Shown: positions 35,029 to 35,093 of the stretch, piece after piece
How the letters are laid out: each line of letters starts with the position of its first letter
How positions within the stretch are numbered: the first letter of the stretch is position 1
Source of the DNA: an uncultured Bacillota bacterium
GTDB lineage: Bacteria; Bacillota; Clostridia; Peptostreptococcales; Anaerovoracaceae
DNA: 35,093 nucleotides
Reading direction: 5' to 3'
Assembly (NCBI GenBank): GCA_946631075.1
Contig: CAMOZS010000001.1
Location: 1 to 35,093, forward strand
Made by a program: the position numbers and the translations under genes
The notes under the pieces: generated by a model
What the model was told of the DNA's origin: nothing
Seen by the model: the letters and a program-made list of their open reading frames with translations, nothing else
Database searches by the model: none

Positions 35029-35093
35029 ACCAGTTCCCGCCTTCGTTCAGATCGGCCTTGAGGGCCACGTTCATGGTGACCGCCGATTCCATG
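35015..35093 (-). CDS. polA: C-terminal end of DNA polymerase I (truncated by the window edge)
   Basis: Hand translation MESAVTMNVALKADLNEGGNWYELK* resembles the PolA C-terminus (ME.A..L.VPL..D...G.NW...K), and polA-coaE synteny is common. Only 25 residues visible. Confidence 0.8.
   Translation of the reverse strand, partial: MESAVTMNVALKADLNEGGNWYELK

Noticed and set aside
1-35093. CRISPR array, known riboswitch or defence system
   Set aside because: No regularly spaced repeats, intergenic gaps are at most ~160 nt, and every gene has a core-function family assignment. An Rfam scan would be needed to exclude small RNA motifs.

Overview
A GC-rich core-genome segment from a Firmicute, most plausibly an anaerobic Clostridia member (inferred from gene order and protein style, not from a search). 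All 30 supportable CDS (two truncated at the window edges) and both tRNA-Leu genes lie on the minus strand. In transcription order: polA (3' end)-coaE | tRNA-Leu(GAG) | stand-alone RND transporter | tRNA-Leu(CAA)-yajC | secDF-rel-dtd-MBL hydrolase-hemZ-hisS-aspS-nadD/yqeK fusion-rsfS-leuS-rnj-ylbF | efp | mltG-trmR-like-U32/trhP-like-CNNM/CBS protein | asp23-nusB-Kae1/TsaD-like paralog-xseA-xseB-ispA-dxs-tlyA-PLP aminotransferase (5' part). Six sigmaA-type promoters and several hairpins are readable directly. I see no mobile element, CRISPR array, prophage or defence system, and the long plus-strand ORFs are antisense shadows. I cannot claim a new system. The best leads are: (1) an adaptor-less RND pump with a ~200-aa charge-segregated helical insertion at the docking-domain tip; (2) an apparently catalytically intact Kae1/TsaD-like paralog coupled between nusB and xseA; (3) an operon joining Rel, three aminoacyl-tRNA synthetases without T-box leaders and a NadD-YqeK fusion; (4) long low-complexity tails on RNase J, SecDF and YajC, the last two sharing an RRSK motif.
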